Made by a program: the position numbers and the translations under genes. Shown here piece after piece: positions 1 to 13,808 of a stretch of 64,000 nucleotides of DNA. The notes beneath the pieces are model-generated. The model was not told the origin of the DNA and did not search any database. It was given only the letters and a program-made list of their open reading frames with translations. The stretch is from Lama glama (lineage: Eukaryota). The stretch is taken from assembly GCA_028534125.1 (NCBI GenBank), contig CM052817.1:87236001-87300000 (forward strand). Reading direction: 5' to 3'. Positions within the stretch are counted from its first letter, which is position 1; every line of letters starts with the position of its first letter.

Positions 1-1384
1 CAACTCATAGCCTTATTACCTTTTTTTTAAAGTTTAGGACACCATTTTCAAGACAGTGACCTTAAAGCCTTTTGTAAAACTTCATGCTTTTCATTTCCTT
101 GCTATTACCATTCTCTAATAATCTCCGAACACGTCTGTCCCCTCCTTAATTTCTGAAGGAAGTCATCCAGATGAGATGCAATACTTGGGAAGCAACTCTT
201 CCCTCAAGAATTAGCTACGTTGGCATCTCCAGAGTGTACTTCTCCAGGGCTGCTGAGTTCTATTACTCCTAAGGGCACCATTCACATTGTATTCTGGAAT
301 TTGCCCTGGGAAAGCATTCATATAGAATGCAATGAAAGTGACACTCACTAAAGTTGTATAAGAAATATAAATTTATCTAAACCTCATTTATTCTTATCAC
401 AATTCATAAATATCAGTTCATATTATAAAAATAATTGTTTTTCTAATTAACATATTAAAAAGACAATATGAAATATGCAATATAGTCATGATTGTTATCC
501 AAAATAATTCATTAAAAACAAATCTATACCTGGATTTATATTTAGATGTAACTCTAAATCTGTACTTTGGAAGTACTATAATATTCTAAAGCATAAAGAT
601 AAATATTCCTTTTATTGCCATTGTCCTACATTTACATAAAATACTATGCTCATCTACAATTTCAGAATATTTTTATCAAAGCATTTATTTTTCAAACAAG
701 TAGTTGATCTTCATTATATGTATTCTACTTTTAGCTTTTATAATACATTGAAAAATCCCTTTTCAGTATTAAACTGCACTAAGAAAGAAACAATAATTTT
801 GAGGTTTTTAAAATAATACACACAGTAATTACTAGAGAATTGGATATACAATCTTTTGGGTGTAATAGAGCAGATCCTCCCACCCCTTCCCAAAAGGTTA
901 AGTATTACCAGCTGCACCTTGTGGACTCAGAATGAACCTTAACTTGGTGTTTGGCAGACATCTCAGAGACACCTGGCAAGCACCCAATACAGCATGTGGC
1001 TGAAAGGCCCATCCTCTAAAATTTCCCCTGTACTAAACCTGGGAATGTGGAAAAGGAGCGGAAATCTTGACATGGCAGGAGCAGCTAGGAGAGGGAGTTG
1101 AGACTTTGATTTGACTCAACGTTTGCTGAGATTCTTTTTAAATAGAAGCAACTGAGCAATCTTTAAACCTCAGGCTTAACCTGCAGAATAAGCAGACATG
1201 CGGGCCCAAGACCAAGAAACGGTCAATAACAGACAAAAAGAAACTCGGGTTTTATCTCGCATATTAAGTCTAATGCACAGCTAATTCATATTGTTCTACA
1301 TGTGTATTTGTTAACATGAGATTCCACAGCTTTGAGGCAGATCTAACCATATATATTTGGGAAGCAGATATGTTAATTAAAAGC

Positions 1385-1560
1385 AACATGCCATGTACTG
1401 TTCTAGTCACTGAGGGTGAACTGAATAAAAACCAACAACATTCGTGTCTTTATGAAAATTGCACCTTAGTAGGGAAGACAGATTTTAACCAAGGAATCAC
1501 CATAATAAGTTCAATATTAAAAACACGTAATTTTATTTTAAAAAGTGGGGGAGGGAGCAG
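1385..1560 (-). mobile_element. L2 LINE fragment
   Basis: Degenerate L2 3'-region motifs in reverse orientation (tgtactgttctag...tagtagggaagacaga); recognised by eye. Confidence 0.5.
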
Positions 1561-1904
1561 AGAACTATAAAGTTTTTAACAAAAGGGCATGCCTTAACCT
1601 GGAAGGCTAGAGGAACTAGCCTTCCTCTAGGGACTACAAAGAACACTCCTGGACCTGTGACTTGTGATGAGCTCTGAAAGATGTCCTGGCCTTTATTATG
1701 TGCTTTGGAGGGAAGAGAGGTCATCTCTTTGCTCTCTTACCTAGAAGAAAATTTAGAAATTCTCAGGGAAGGGAAAAAAGTTTCCAAATTCCTTGTTTAT
1801 ATCTTTCAGGTCTTAAAACTCTCTCTTTTCTACTTCATCATCTCTTTCTTGAGGAATACATGTCTATAATCTAGTTTGAATTGGGTAAAGAAGAGATGAG
1901 GAAA

Positions 1905-2420
1905 AGAATAATTAAAACTTTTGCCCTTCAAAATACACTCAAGAAAAAAAAAGGCAAGACACAAACTGTGAAAAAGTATTGGTGAAACATAAATCTCAAA
2001 AAAGACTTGTATGCAAAATAGATTTTTAAAAATCTTAACTTAAAAAATATCCAGTTTTAAAAATGGATGAAATTATAAAATAGATTATTAACTGAAAGAT
2101 ATATTAAATAACTATTTAAAAAGACTCTCATAAATTATTAGTTAAAGAGATGCAAATTAGAACCACAATAACATACCACTATGCATTTATTAGAATGGCT
2201 AAAATTAAAGATTGATGAGGACAAATGACAATATGAAGCAACTTAAAATTTTATATATTGCTGTTAGTAATACAAAATGGTACACACACTTTGGAAATTA
2301 GTGTTTCAGTTCTTTTTTCTTTGATAAACATTTTCTTACCAAACAACCCAGAAGTCTGACATCTGCTTAAGGACATTTATCAGATAAAAAATAAATATAT
2401 TTATAAAACTATGCAATAAT
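1905..2420 (+). mobile_element. Old L1 (L1M-type) ORF2 3' fragment
   Basis: Typical L1 motifs atgcaaattagaaccacaataacataccact, tagaatggctaaaattaaag and aaaatggtacacacactttggaaa. Confidence 0.75.
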
Positions 2421-3379
2421 GTACTTATAATAATAAATAATGATGAATTATATGTAGTTTCTAATTATTGAATTCTATTAATTGATTTTTGGAATCACTT
2501 TGATATGAACTTATCCTTATTTTTATATGAACTTTAACAACATTATAAAAATATATAAGTATAAAAGGAAAACTTTTGTAAGTGAATGCCATTGCTTCAT
2601 TTACATAGCAATCCATAAATATTTAAAATACAATTATATTACAAATATTCCTTCCTACTTCAGTTACACTCTAGGTTGATGTACAGATATAATAATGTGT
2701 GGCATTTAGATTATTGATTTTAATTAAAATATAGTAAATTTTAGAAATATTATCACTATCCTTAATGATAGCAATGACTTATTTTGTTTGCTTTTTAACA
2801 TAAAAATATGAACAATTAAGTATAAAATAAAACACAACTTAAAGACTCCTACAAATCCAATAATATGGACTATCAAACTATCCTAGGCCATATTGTCATT
2901 ATTTTTCCTCCAAGATTTAATAGTCTTTGTGTAGGGTAATAGTTTTATTAATAGGATATAATAATGGCAAGTGTTTCAGGATCTTGGACACCATGAAATA
3001 TTAAAAATAATGGTATTTGATAATTCTACATATGAAGTATTCCAATAGGCAGTTTGTGTTTTATAAATGAGCATGTTTATATATGTTGTGATTGGCTATA
3101 GTAATACCAGTGAAAATCGTTAAATAGGAGGAAAAAGAAAATGAGTATTGAAAAAAATTTCCTCTTTTTTATTAGATCATTCTCTCTTCAAGCCTAGAGA
3201 TTTTTTTCACTACCATTATTGTTATTTATATTTTAATTTCCATTTCTGATAGCTGGGTGTATTATTTACACATTGAATCTTTTTTCTCATTATGTGATTG
3301 ATATGCTTATGATGTAAATTGCTGTCATCTTAAAAAATTAAATTGAAACTACCAATAATAATATCACCATAAATAAACA

Positions 3380-4050
3380 CTTTTCATATCCCAGTGTATA
3401 TACCATTCTTGATTTTTTAAATTAGAAAACATTTCATAACCAGTTTTATTCAATTACATTATTTTTTACCATATCATTAAATATTTTCTACAACATAGTT
3501 TTAAATAAATGCATAGTATCATCTGGTAAGGATATATCAACATTTATTTATTCACTATCCTCTGGTAGGTTACTACAACGAACATACAAATGTAGATAGT
3601 TAGTTAAAAAATAAACAAATCTTTACACATCAATCTGTGATGATTTCCTAAGGATAAATTTCTTGAGATTCCTTTACCAGGTTGACATATGAGAATTTAA
3701 AATGTTTTGATAATTTGTTACAGTTTGCGTCCAAAAAGATTATACCACAGTAATGTTTGAAAACACTCATTTCACCATATGCTCTGTATAACTGTGTGTT
3801 ATCAATTAATTTTACACCAATTTTGTAGGTGAAAATGGTATCATATTTGTTTTATTTTACATGTTAATGACTACACAAGATGTTAGATATTTTTTCAAAT
3901 GTTTCTTAGAAATCTACTTATTTTATGAATTTATTTGATTTATTTACTGAAACTATTCATTACTCAACTTAAAACTGGATGTGCATGTCTTTTTTCTTAA
4001 TAATTTGTTGTAACTATTTACATATGGATAGCCTGTCTGGAATATATGGT
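3380..4050 (-). mobile_element. Old L1 (L1ME-type) fragment
   Basis: Antisense L1 motifs such as gcatagtat..., taggtgaaaatggtatcat and tttttcaaatgttt; highly diverged. Confidence 0.6.
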
Positions 4051-5362
4051 GTGTGTGTGAGGCTTTATTTATTTATTTTGCTTGTTAAAAACCAACTGAA
4101 TATGAATTTCTGGGAAAAGAAGGAAAGTTTTTAGGTACTAGGAAAGGATTGATTATTTAACCCTCTGTGAATGAGGAAAGCCACACCTGGAGATGTTTGA
4201 TTTCATTAACTAAGGTAGCTACTGAGTAGAGTCCAGAGAATATTCTGTCTATTTAGTATCTAAATCCCAGCCCAAATATACATAGATCTGCTTCTATGAC
4301 CTGATGGTAGTGAGGTATTTTGAAAGTGTGTATGTACTCAGATGTTTTGCTAGGCTTAATCAGAACATGAAAGTCCTTGTGGAAAAATTCTCAAAGTAGT
4401 TTCTAGAAAGAGTGGAAGAAATATGAAAGAGGAAATGATCCTAATAAGCTATTAGAGGGTCTAAAACTGAGTTGACACGACAGAAAACCATGAAATACAA
4501 AGCTGAAAAAGGGAGAAGGACAGATTTGGCAATCAGAAGCTACCCAGAACCCAGGATTTTCTCCTCTTCCACAGAGAATTTGGAGATTTCGGAGAAGATG
4601 GAGCATCCCTGAACCTCAAGTAGCAACAAGAAACTGTGGAGAATCAAAAGGCAAAGAGGCTGGAAAGTTAGGACTTACCACACACACTAAGGAAATAAGG
4701 CTAAAAAATAATTATAGTTGGGTAGATTGATAGCTGGGTAGATAATGTCTTAAAACCAGAAAGCAATGTTCTATGAGAGTTATATGAGTGTGTGAATATC
4801 ACCTCCAAAATGAGAAGCAGATATTCTGGAGTGAAGGTGCAGCAGAAGGCTGGTTGCCATGTCAATATATTATGTTGTGTGTTTGAATAGATTATCTGTT
4901 TAAATATAAGGACTGCTATTGATCTGGCTTACCTACTTGGCATGCCACAAATTGGGTAACTACTATTAAATATAGTTTCCATTATGCAAATAGATTTTCT
5001 TGTTCATCATTTTCTCTCTTATAAATAGTACAGAGATCATGGTTCATTTTGGTTGGCTTTCTTGCAGTGCTTTTCCTACATTAAAAAAAATTCATTTTAG
5101 GCACTCTTCCATGCACTTATTCACTGACTTTTGGTATATGATGTATATTCACATCAGATTTAATAAAAGTTTAACTAATAATGACCAAGTCCATGCTAGA
5201 GAGATGTACATACAATTTCTTGAAAAACAACAAAAATATATGCATTACATATGACTATAATAAAGTATTTCAGTTCCAGTATTTATTTTAATCTTTACAA
5301 ATACAGGATATGCTTTATGTATACAGCTACAAAAGATGGATTTTCCTGGCTGTGCATTTTTT

Positions 5363-5494
5363 TTTTTTTGGAGGGAAGGTAATTAGGTTTATTTATTTGT
5401 TTATGTATTTCTCAATGGCGGTACTGGAGATTGAACCCAGGACCTTGTGCATGCTAAACAGGCACTCAACCACTGAGCTATACTCTCCCCGATA
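5363..5494 (-). mobile_element. Camelid tRNA-derived SINE (vic-1-like)
   Basis: Reads gtactggagattgaacccaggaccttgtgcatgctaaacaggcactcaaccactgagcta (tRNA A/B boxes on the minus strand), with an aggtaattaggtttatttatt tail and poly-T. 14-bp TSD gctgtgcatttttt at 5349-5362 and 5495-5508. Confidence 0.9.
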
Positions 5495-5734
5495 GCTGTG
5501 CATTTTTTAATCATATTTGTTCATGTGAACTCTGGTTGTTCTGCTGTTTTGTCAGCCACACAATCTAGACTAGAAAGGTTGGGTTTTTTTGTACTGTATC
5601 TTTTTAAAAGAACTTGCAAAGAACTCCCACTTCCTTCACCTGCAGTTGTACATAGGTTTCTACATAATTACTACATTTTCACCAAATCTATTTCCTTAGT
5701 TCTAGATAAGCTTTTAATTTTTCTGCAAAAGTAG

Positions 5735-5965
5735 TATTGTGCAACGGTAAAGAGCGTAGGCTCTGGGGCTGGAGACCTCATTTTAAACCTGGGCTTCTGC
5801 TTTTGCTAGCTAGATGACTTTGAGAAGTTTAAGTTCTCTGTATCTTAACTGATCTGACTAAGGGAGGTTGTAATAGGAGCCAGCTCACAAGTGGCTTTGA
5901 GAGTAAAATGGGTTATTCAATGTGAAACACAAGAGAACCTGGCACATATTAAATTCTACGTAGGT
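5735..5965 (+). mobile_element. MIR SINE
   Basis: ggtaaagagcgtaggctctgg...tgactttgagaag...cctggcacata matches the MIR head, core and tail. Confidence 0.75.
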
Positions 5966-6879
5966 CCTATCTACTTTTTTATTACAACAATTAGGATGGA
6001 TATTATCGTTACTACCATACATACCAGTGTAATTTCTCGATCTTTCTTCAAATAATATTCTGCAAAACGTCAGCTGCACCATATCCTTTAAAATACCTTT
6101 CCCTGTGCTACTTAATGATCTGTCACGTGTGTCATTTCCTGGATTAACAGAAAGCAATGGTAGGGATACACAGTCAACTCTAAATGTCTGCTTGCACGGT
6201 TACAACTTACAAGTTACCCAGTTTTGAGCAGAAGCCACCGATACTGTAATGATCCCTGTACTGCTACTATTCTGAAATAGATTCTTATATATCCTAGATT
6301 GAATTTATAACTATTAAAATGGTAGTTCTTCTGTTGGCTCTTGTTTTTTAAAGAATAATTAATTGTTTACTTATGATTTTGTGGACAAACCACACAAGAA
6401 GGAGAACAAATAAAGCAAGTACATGGAAACCAAAATGTCTTAAACCGTCTGCCCCTTCCCAATCGCCCTTGCCCACAGGTTCTGGAAGGAAATGTAGGCA
6501 TGAAATACTAACTTAACAGATGAACACTTTACTGCTGCCTGGGGCTCCCATGTCAAACCCTGATGTCAAATGCCTGAGTTTGGGTAGAGCACAGTACAAG
6601 CTTCTATTGTCTAAACTGGGCAGAACTAAACCGTTTAGAATCAAGATCGAAAGATCTTTTTTTTCCTCCCTACCTCTAGTCCAAGCTCAAGCAGAATTGC
6701 AGCTTTTAACTAGTGGAAGCAAGAGGAGGCCAAGGAAACCATAGTAACCCACAAGAAGACGAGAGAATAGAAGCCAGAAAGACGGAACAAGAGAGAGCTT
6801 GCTTAATGACGGCAGCACGGCGGGCTGGAGCAGACGGGGGTGGCAGGCCCGAGTTTAAGACGACAGGCCGTGCAGTTAG

Positions 6880-7030
6880 ACCCCTTAGGTTCAAACAGAG
6901 ATATGTGACTTTGTGCAAGTTACATAACCATTTCCAGGCTTGGTTTCCTCACTTTCAAAGCAGGGGTAATTCAGACAGCTACCTCGTAGGGTTTATGTGA
7001 GGACATTTTAAGATAATACAAGGAATGTCC
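6880..7030 (+). mobile_element. MIR SINE core
   Basis: tgtgactttgtgcaagttacataacc...gtttcctcact...ctacctcgtagggtttatgtgagga. Confidence 0.75.
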
Positions 7031-7254
7031 CTACACGGCTTCCTACCACCTCACCATTGCTTAGTCACTATTACCCATTATTAATTTCACCTCCAGATCT
7101 TTCTCATGTTCTGTGGAAAGACGAGTAACAAAGAAACAGAGGTGTGATTTGTGCTCTCCTTGGAGAAATTTCTTGTCCATTTTAACGGTTGTGGACTCAT
7201 GAAAGGACACAAAAGAAGGCCATGAAGGTGGAGAGGGGTGTCGGTGAGCTGGAG

Positions 7255-7960
7255 CATTAATTTCTTCATCAGGTATTTAGTGTCTATACTGTTTAGACGT
7301 TGAAATTCAGTCAGGAAAACAGACAAAAATCCCTCCTGAAGCTTAAATTACAGTGTAATGAGATAAAAATCAAATAAGTAAAATATACTGTGTGCCAGGT
7401 GACTTAGTGCTAAGGGAAAAAGCAAAGAGAAAGAAAGATAGGTCAAGCAATATATGTACATTCAACAGAGTAGCTGGGAGAGTTGTCCCTGAGCTACGGC
7501 CAGTGAAGAAGTTAGAAAGGGAAGAGAGGCATGGGTGCAGCCACATCACAGGAGGTCTAGTGGACTGTCAGAAGGATTCTGGCTTTACCCTTAATCTGAC
7601 GGGGAGAATTAGACAGAGGATGGACATGCTTTGATTCAAGTTTTAAAGGGCTCATCCTAGCTGCTGTGGAGAGAACAGTGGGATTTTTGGTGGTAAAGGG
7701 TTTAAAAGGGAGACTTAGTGGGAGAGCACTGCAGCAGTGAGAGACAATGTTGGTTCAAACTGGAGTGGCACCACTGAAAAAAGAAAATCATGAGTAACTG
7801 AGATGCTGATGGATATACACCTTAAAGATGTATAGCAGGTAGGTTTCTAAGAGATTAAAGAGAAGTTAGAAAGCAGATCTTTAAGGATGGGCTTGCCGTT
7901 TACTGAGCTGGGGCAACCCAAGGGCAGAGCAAACTGGGAATACGGAAGGGCCATGTGGGA
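7255..7960 (-). mobile_element. L2 LINE fragment
   Basis: Antisense L2 motifs: agacaaaaatccctcc, tttaaagggctcatcctagctgctgtggagagaa, tttactgagctggg. Confidence 0.7.
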
Positions 7961-8398
7961 AGGGTAATGCCTGGAAGGAGGAGGACCAGAAACAGAGACG
8001 TCAGGATCCTTAACCAGGAGGAGACTTGCTTTGTTTACTTTCTCTTCCCCAGTCGTGTACACTTCAGAACCGATGGCCAGGTCTTGATTTTGAACCACAG
8101 AATTGCAATTTTAGCTTCAAAGCTCTGATGCAGCTTTATAAAAAGAAAATGGAACTTCATAAATGGAAAGTCTCAAGAGAGCAATCATGCCTCCAGCTCT
8201 ATCGTCTCATCACTTAATTGATCTTTAATGTATCTAGTCATTCATTTATCTGGTCATTAGTTCAAGACATAATTTTGGAGTGCTTTCTTTGTTCTACGGA
8301 GTGCGAAAAGGATTTATTTACATGTGGTGAAAAACAAAACATCTATGGCCCCTACCCTTATTAGAGTCTACCCGGCTCAGCTGAGATATGTATGTGCA

Positions 8399-8470
8399 TG
8401 TGTGTGTGTGTGTGTGTGTGTGTGAGTGTGGGTGTGTGTGAGTGTGGGTGTGTGTGGGTGTTTACGTGTG
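8399..8470. repeat. (TG)n microsatellite, imperfect
   Basis: Directly visible TG array with gag/ggg interruptions. Confidence 0.95.
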
Positions 8471-11400
8471 TTAATCATTAAATGATTCTAGGGCAAGGAA
8501 TTTTTCCATCTTACTGTGTTAAGATGCATCAATATGTCAGTGAGTTAAATGTTCAGAAGCAGCCATTATTACAAGTGATTAGCTATGTGGATGTGTACAA
8601 TAGGCAATCTTAAGAATAGATTTCACAGAAAGTGAGGAATATAATGTACAAGCTTGCATTACAGCATTCATCATTAATCTCAAGATTTATGAACACACTT
8701 CAAAGGTCTAACCACCAAATAGTAGCTTAGGACCACTTAAAGATGAGCTAACATAAAGGATATTCACAAGATAGCAATAATTTTTAAAAAATGTTTTGTT
8801 GGAATTTAAAGACAAAAACCCTCAATTCAGGAAGCAGTGTTATTTCTGTTTTGTTTTTTCTAACAGTTATATGCTCAATGTGGTTAGAAACATATTTACT
8901 AATAAAATGGTTTTTAAATTAATAGCATACATAGCTGAAACAGCATTCATAACAGAACAATCTAGAAATAAAAAGAATGATCTTATTGTAGTAATATATG
9001 TGCTACCACACATAATACTTTTTTGCATATTTGTCTTCTAGACATCCTAATGAGAATCTCTATTTTTAAAGTAAATAATATTAATAGTATACAAAATAAT
9101 CTATATTTATACAGAGACGCAGATTATATATGTGTATGTACCATATAAATTATTTAAAAAAAACACTAGTAAGTTTTCTTAACTTAAACTTGATTTTACA
9201 CTAATAATTTATACAAGTTCACTGATTATTGATATGTTAGGGCATATGTTTTCTATTTTGTCAGAATTTCTTCTTTAAATCATGTGAAAAAGTTAAAAAC
9301 TCTTCACATCAAAATTTTTAATAGACTATGTTAAACTAATCATACATCTCTCTCATTTCTACCACACAGAAATGTCATATCTGAATTTTCATAAATCACT
9401 GCCATGGTTAAACATATGCCATTGACTGTAAGAATAAATTTATAGGTTTAGTTTGTGGAACGAAATTTCTTGGCTGCCCTACTCAAGAACCCCCCCCTTA
9501 CCCTAGCATATTTAGTAAAGCACATTATGTGGTAAGCCCTGGGGACTGACAAGACTTCTAAATCACCCTGCAGCATTGAGAGCTAAAGATCGAATACCAT
9601 TTTAACCTCTTACACTGGTACAGGAGCATCTAAAATTAAGCTGATGAATTTGATCCAACTGTTGAATTAGAAGGTAGATCTAAGTGATCGTAGTGTATTG
9701 ATTTTGGTGGCAGCCACACACCAGCATCTAGTTTCTAGGAGCACCATGGCAGTAATGCCACCAACACGCATACTGGTGACACACACGGAGCACTTCATGG
9801 TGTGTCGGGTTTTCATTTGTCTGTGTGGTAGATTTTTCAAAATATAACCAATATTTGCTTAATTCGAAGTATATATTAAAAATAAAGCAAATTCTCTCCC
9901 ACATACTGTCACTCCCTCATGTTGGGATGATCTAGCTTGTGATGGAATTATATGTGAGGCGTCCTTAATTGGGGTTTCCTTGTTACTCCTATCTGATGTT
10001 TATGCTGCACACCCTGAAAGAGGTGTTTTCCTAATCTTCTGCTAAGCCTTTTGGGGTGCAGTTCTCAGTCAGATGTTCCCTCACTTGATATTGAACCTTA
10101 AGACAATTGTCATGGGAGGGAAAGCATTTTTCTCTTACTAACTGGTTCACCAACTTTTCTTTCTAATTCTCTTCAGTTTTTTTTTTCCCACTTGTCAGAG
10201 AATTATTTACTGTCTCCCTGAGGGTCTCCATCATTCTTCGACTCCTACAATTTCTATGGCACCGTGAGTATTAAAAGCATGTTCCGCTTAATAAACTTCA
10301 CATACTGCGTTTTGATAAAGGAAGACTAGATTTTTCTCATCTGTATTCTTTCCCTTGTGAAAGCAGTTGTCCTTTGCCTCAATAAGTAATCACAACTCTT
10401 AAAACCAAGGAAATGGGCTGATGCTCCAGAATAAAGTAGGACTATTTTCTGTTTTGAAACATCGTATTGTTTGCTTGTCTTCAAGTGAGCCCCCTACGGT
10501 CCCACCAGCCGTTCTTGCTTGTGATATTGTCTTCACAAACCCCAAGCACATTTCCTTTTTCATGCTTTTTCCTTCACTGCTGTCCTCTTTTTGCTGTGAA
10601 ATTGAGCTAACCTCACATGCCGCCCTTGGGTAGGAGAAGAGCTCTCCCCAACTCCGGATGTCCTCTAGGAGTTCATCCAAGATAAAGAACACTTTATTGT
10701 TTAACTAATAACACACTTTTCCATTATTAAAAAGGGTTCTTTTGTGATAACTTTTTTCTTTTTAATAGACCCAGATGTGTCAGAAACTGGATTTGAGTTT
10801 TAAATGTCTGACAGCTTAGCTTGAGCTAATAGAGAAATCCATGCTACAGTATGGAGTGACTGTATAATGTGGTGAATGGATTGCAGTATATACGGGTAGA
10901 TGGCAAGGAGGATACAGGAACTGTGAAGAGTCAGCAGCTCAGTCTCCATGTGAGCCTGTACAGGGAAACACAACAGAGCAACTCTTTTCTCGGGCATCTC
11001 AAAAGACGTGTTCTGCCACTAAGGGATGAAGCCTAGGGTCCGTCAGGAGGTCCTGGGAGACACAATAACCAAGCATTAAACTGAATCCATTATGCCTTCT
11101 CAACACAGCAGCTTCACATCTACCAAGAGGGTGTATACAAAAGACTACAGTAATTTTCCGATCAAAACCATCTCCTGTGGAACCCATTACCCACGGAAAC
11201 AGAAGCCGCGGGGTGCATGGAGCTAGCATAGTGCGGAGAACCCCTCCTGCAGCTAAATGTCATTTGAAATCCGGTGAGGACAAAGTTCATTCCTCAGAAA
11301 TACATTACTAGCGGCCTCCATTAAAGTGCTAAAGAGAAAATAGCTGTTCATGTTGGTCCTAAACTCAATATTATTTTTATTTGCTAAATTCCAAAGGTTA

Positions 11401-13055
11401 TATCAAAACGTTTCAAATACTTTTTATATCTCCATGAAATCTCCTTTTGGCTAGGTTTTCTTCTGGCTTTATATAGTGTGTTTATAGAAAAATTTGTTAT
11501 AAATTCATGTTTTATGAACAGCACAGATACAATTTATAATTTTAGCCCAATAACTGAGACTCCTACGGACAAACTAAAAAGTTCCAATCGTTTAATTACC
11601 ATATTAAGCCAAGATACAGAATGTTGAAATATCATTATAGGAAGCACCAAATTATACCCAAATATTTTTTCTAGATATCCTTCATGGAAATGAAGCAAAA
11701 GTTTGCCTTCAGTAAGACTTCAGTACACTGAAAGCTAGGTGTTTTTGTATTTAGGAAAGTCTTCGTAGAATACACAGAATTTTAATAGCACAAAAATGGA
11801 ATGTAAGAATTCCTTTTTAAATTTATCAATTTAAATAATAAATTGTTACACACAGTTTTAAAAGGTAATTGACTTAAGTAATAATATATCTGCAAAAAGT
11901 GAACAAGAAAAATGTTTTTATTGTTTGTATTACACTTGTGACAAATGACATTGATAAGAGAACAACAAGAATGAGATGAAAATTGTAGGAATATTTATGG
12001 CAATTCTAAGTGCCTTGAAAAGTTGATCTGAATTGCTTGCATCAAAGAGAAAATAGACTCTCTAATGATCACTTCCCTGACAACTAACAGTAACATCACT
12101 TTTAGCTATGACTGCTAAAATTAGACACCTTCCTCTTGGAAATATGCATTCCCTGACAACAGAACAGGATGACAGCCTTCACCTCATGATAAGAGGGAGA
12201 GTAATAATTCATCTTTAAATGAGCAATTTCTGTGATAAAGGGGAAAAATGCTACTTGAGAAGGTTTTGATGGCAGAGTAACAAGAAAAATAGTGCCACAC
12301 TAATTACTTTAGAAATATTTAGTGAAATATTTGCTTTGATTTTAAATAGAGTGATACAATTTCAAGATATTCATTTATTAGGACAATTTGTCCCAGGGAA
12401 AGAGAATTTTCTGGGTGACAAAAGGGCCTTTAACAACTTGTATAAAATTATGCTTAGTTGAATAAACTACACAATAGAAGGTACTTGTTAGAAGTGCAAA
12501 CAAATGACTTTTAAACTGCTGCCTTCAGGCTGTTAGCTGTTGATAACTAAACTGGCAGGCCAATGCCACGATCATTTCCTTGGCAGTGAAAAGCTAGACT
12601 CCGGGACCTTGTCAGGCCATCCATCACTGCTTGTCACCTGAAGACATAAATAAAAATTCAGCATTTCTCCAGATCTATTAGGAGGCTGGTATGTCTATTT
12701 AGAGTCCCCATGGCAAAATTATGGCTTAAATTCAGGCTTTTAAAATGTATACATTAGTACCAGTGCAGACATAGGGTCAACATTCATTTTACACACTTAA
12801 AACAAAATGTACCTAGAAAATTAGGTCCAAAGTGAGAGAAATAGGTACACAAATATTAAGTTAAAAGCCTCTAATTTGATAAATCATTGTAATTTGACAG
12901 ATCAATGTGTTAATGGGAAGAAATTGCATCTATTATGGCTATATAGAATCCCAAATGTCACGGGAAGAAGGGAGAAAATCCCTTTCCTGTTCTTTTGAAA
13001 CAGTTTGTTAAAACATAGTCTAAGTAGAAGTATGAGTTAGAGGATTACTTAAGAA

Positions 13056-13262
13056 CAGGCATCTACAAATTTTTTCTCTGCAGGGTGACATAGTAAATAT
13101 TTTAGCCTTTGAAGGCCACATATGGTCCCTGTCACACATTCTGCTTTGGCTTTAGTTTACAACTCTTAAATACATAAAAACTATTCTTAGTTCATCAACG
13201 GCACCAAAATAGGAGAGTCCACTAGCCAGTTTTGAACTGTGGTTCATAATTTGCAGACCCCT
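13056..13262. mobile_element. hAT-Charlie MITE, MER58 family (MER58C-like)
   Basis: Starts caggcatctacaaattttttc...atagtaaatattttagcctttgaaggccacatatggtccctgtc and ends ...ttgcagacccct, as in MER58. Confidence 0.8.
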
Positions 13263-13740
13263 CTTCTAGAAAATAAACAAATGTTTATTTAATGAAAAGG
13301 GACAGTTTTATAATTTAAAATACCTCCTTCTTGTTTTTGCAGTGATTATTTTTAAGTAATAAAGAATTCTAAAAATATGCCATCATTTGTGACATGAGGA
13401 AAGAAATTATTAGGCATAACTTCTGGCATGTGAGTGCTTTTTAAATCGAACCAGCTTTGCTGGCTATACGTATGCATTTTGAAAGAGAGACTTTAATGCA
13501 AGTTGGATGCAACTCCAGGTGTATACGGTTGTTTAAAAGGGGACAGATAGTAGTCCTGAGACAAACAGCATTAAATTGAGCTCAGAGCCAAAAGCAGCTG
13601 TTTGAAATAGTCCTGACAGCACTTCAGACACGTGGATCTTAGTGTGAGACTCCAAGTCATCTCTGTTAGCATGCGTCAGGTTTACCGACAACATAAAATC
13701 AACAACAAAATAAACTTTGAATCTTTAATTCCTTTTGAAT

Positions 13741-13743
<3 letters not shown>

Positions 13744-13772
<29 letters not shown>

Positions 13773-13808
13773 CTGTCTGTCTGTCTGTGTGTCTGTGTGT
13801 GTGTCTGT
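13744..13808. repeat. (TG)n/(TGTC)n compound microsatellite
   Basis: Directly visible. Confidence 0.95.
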
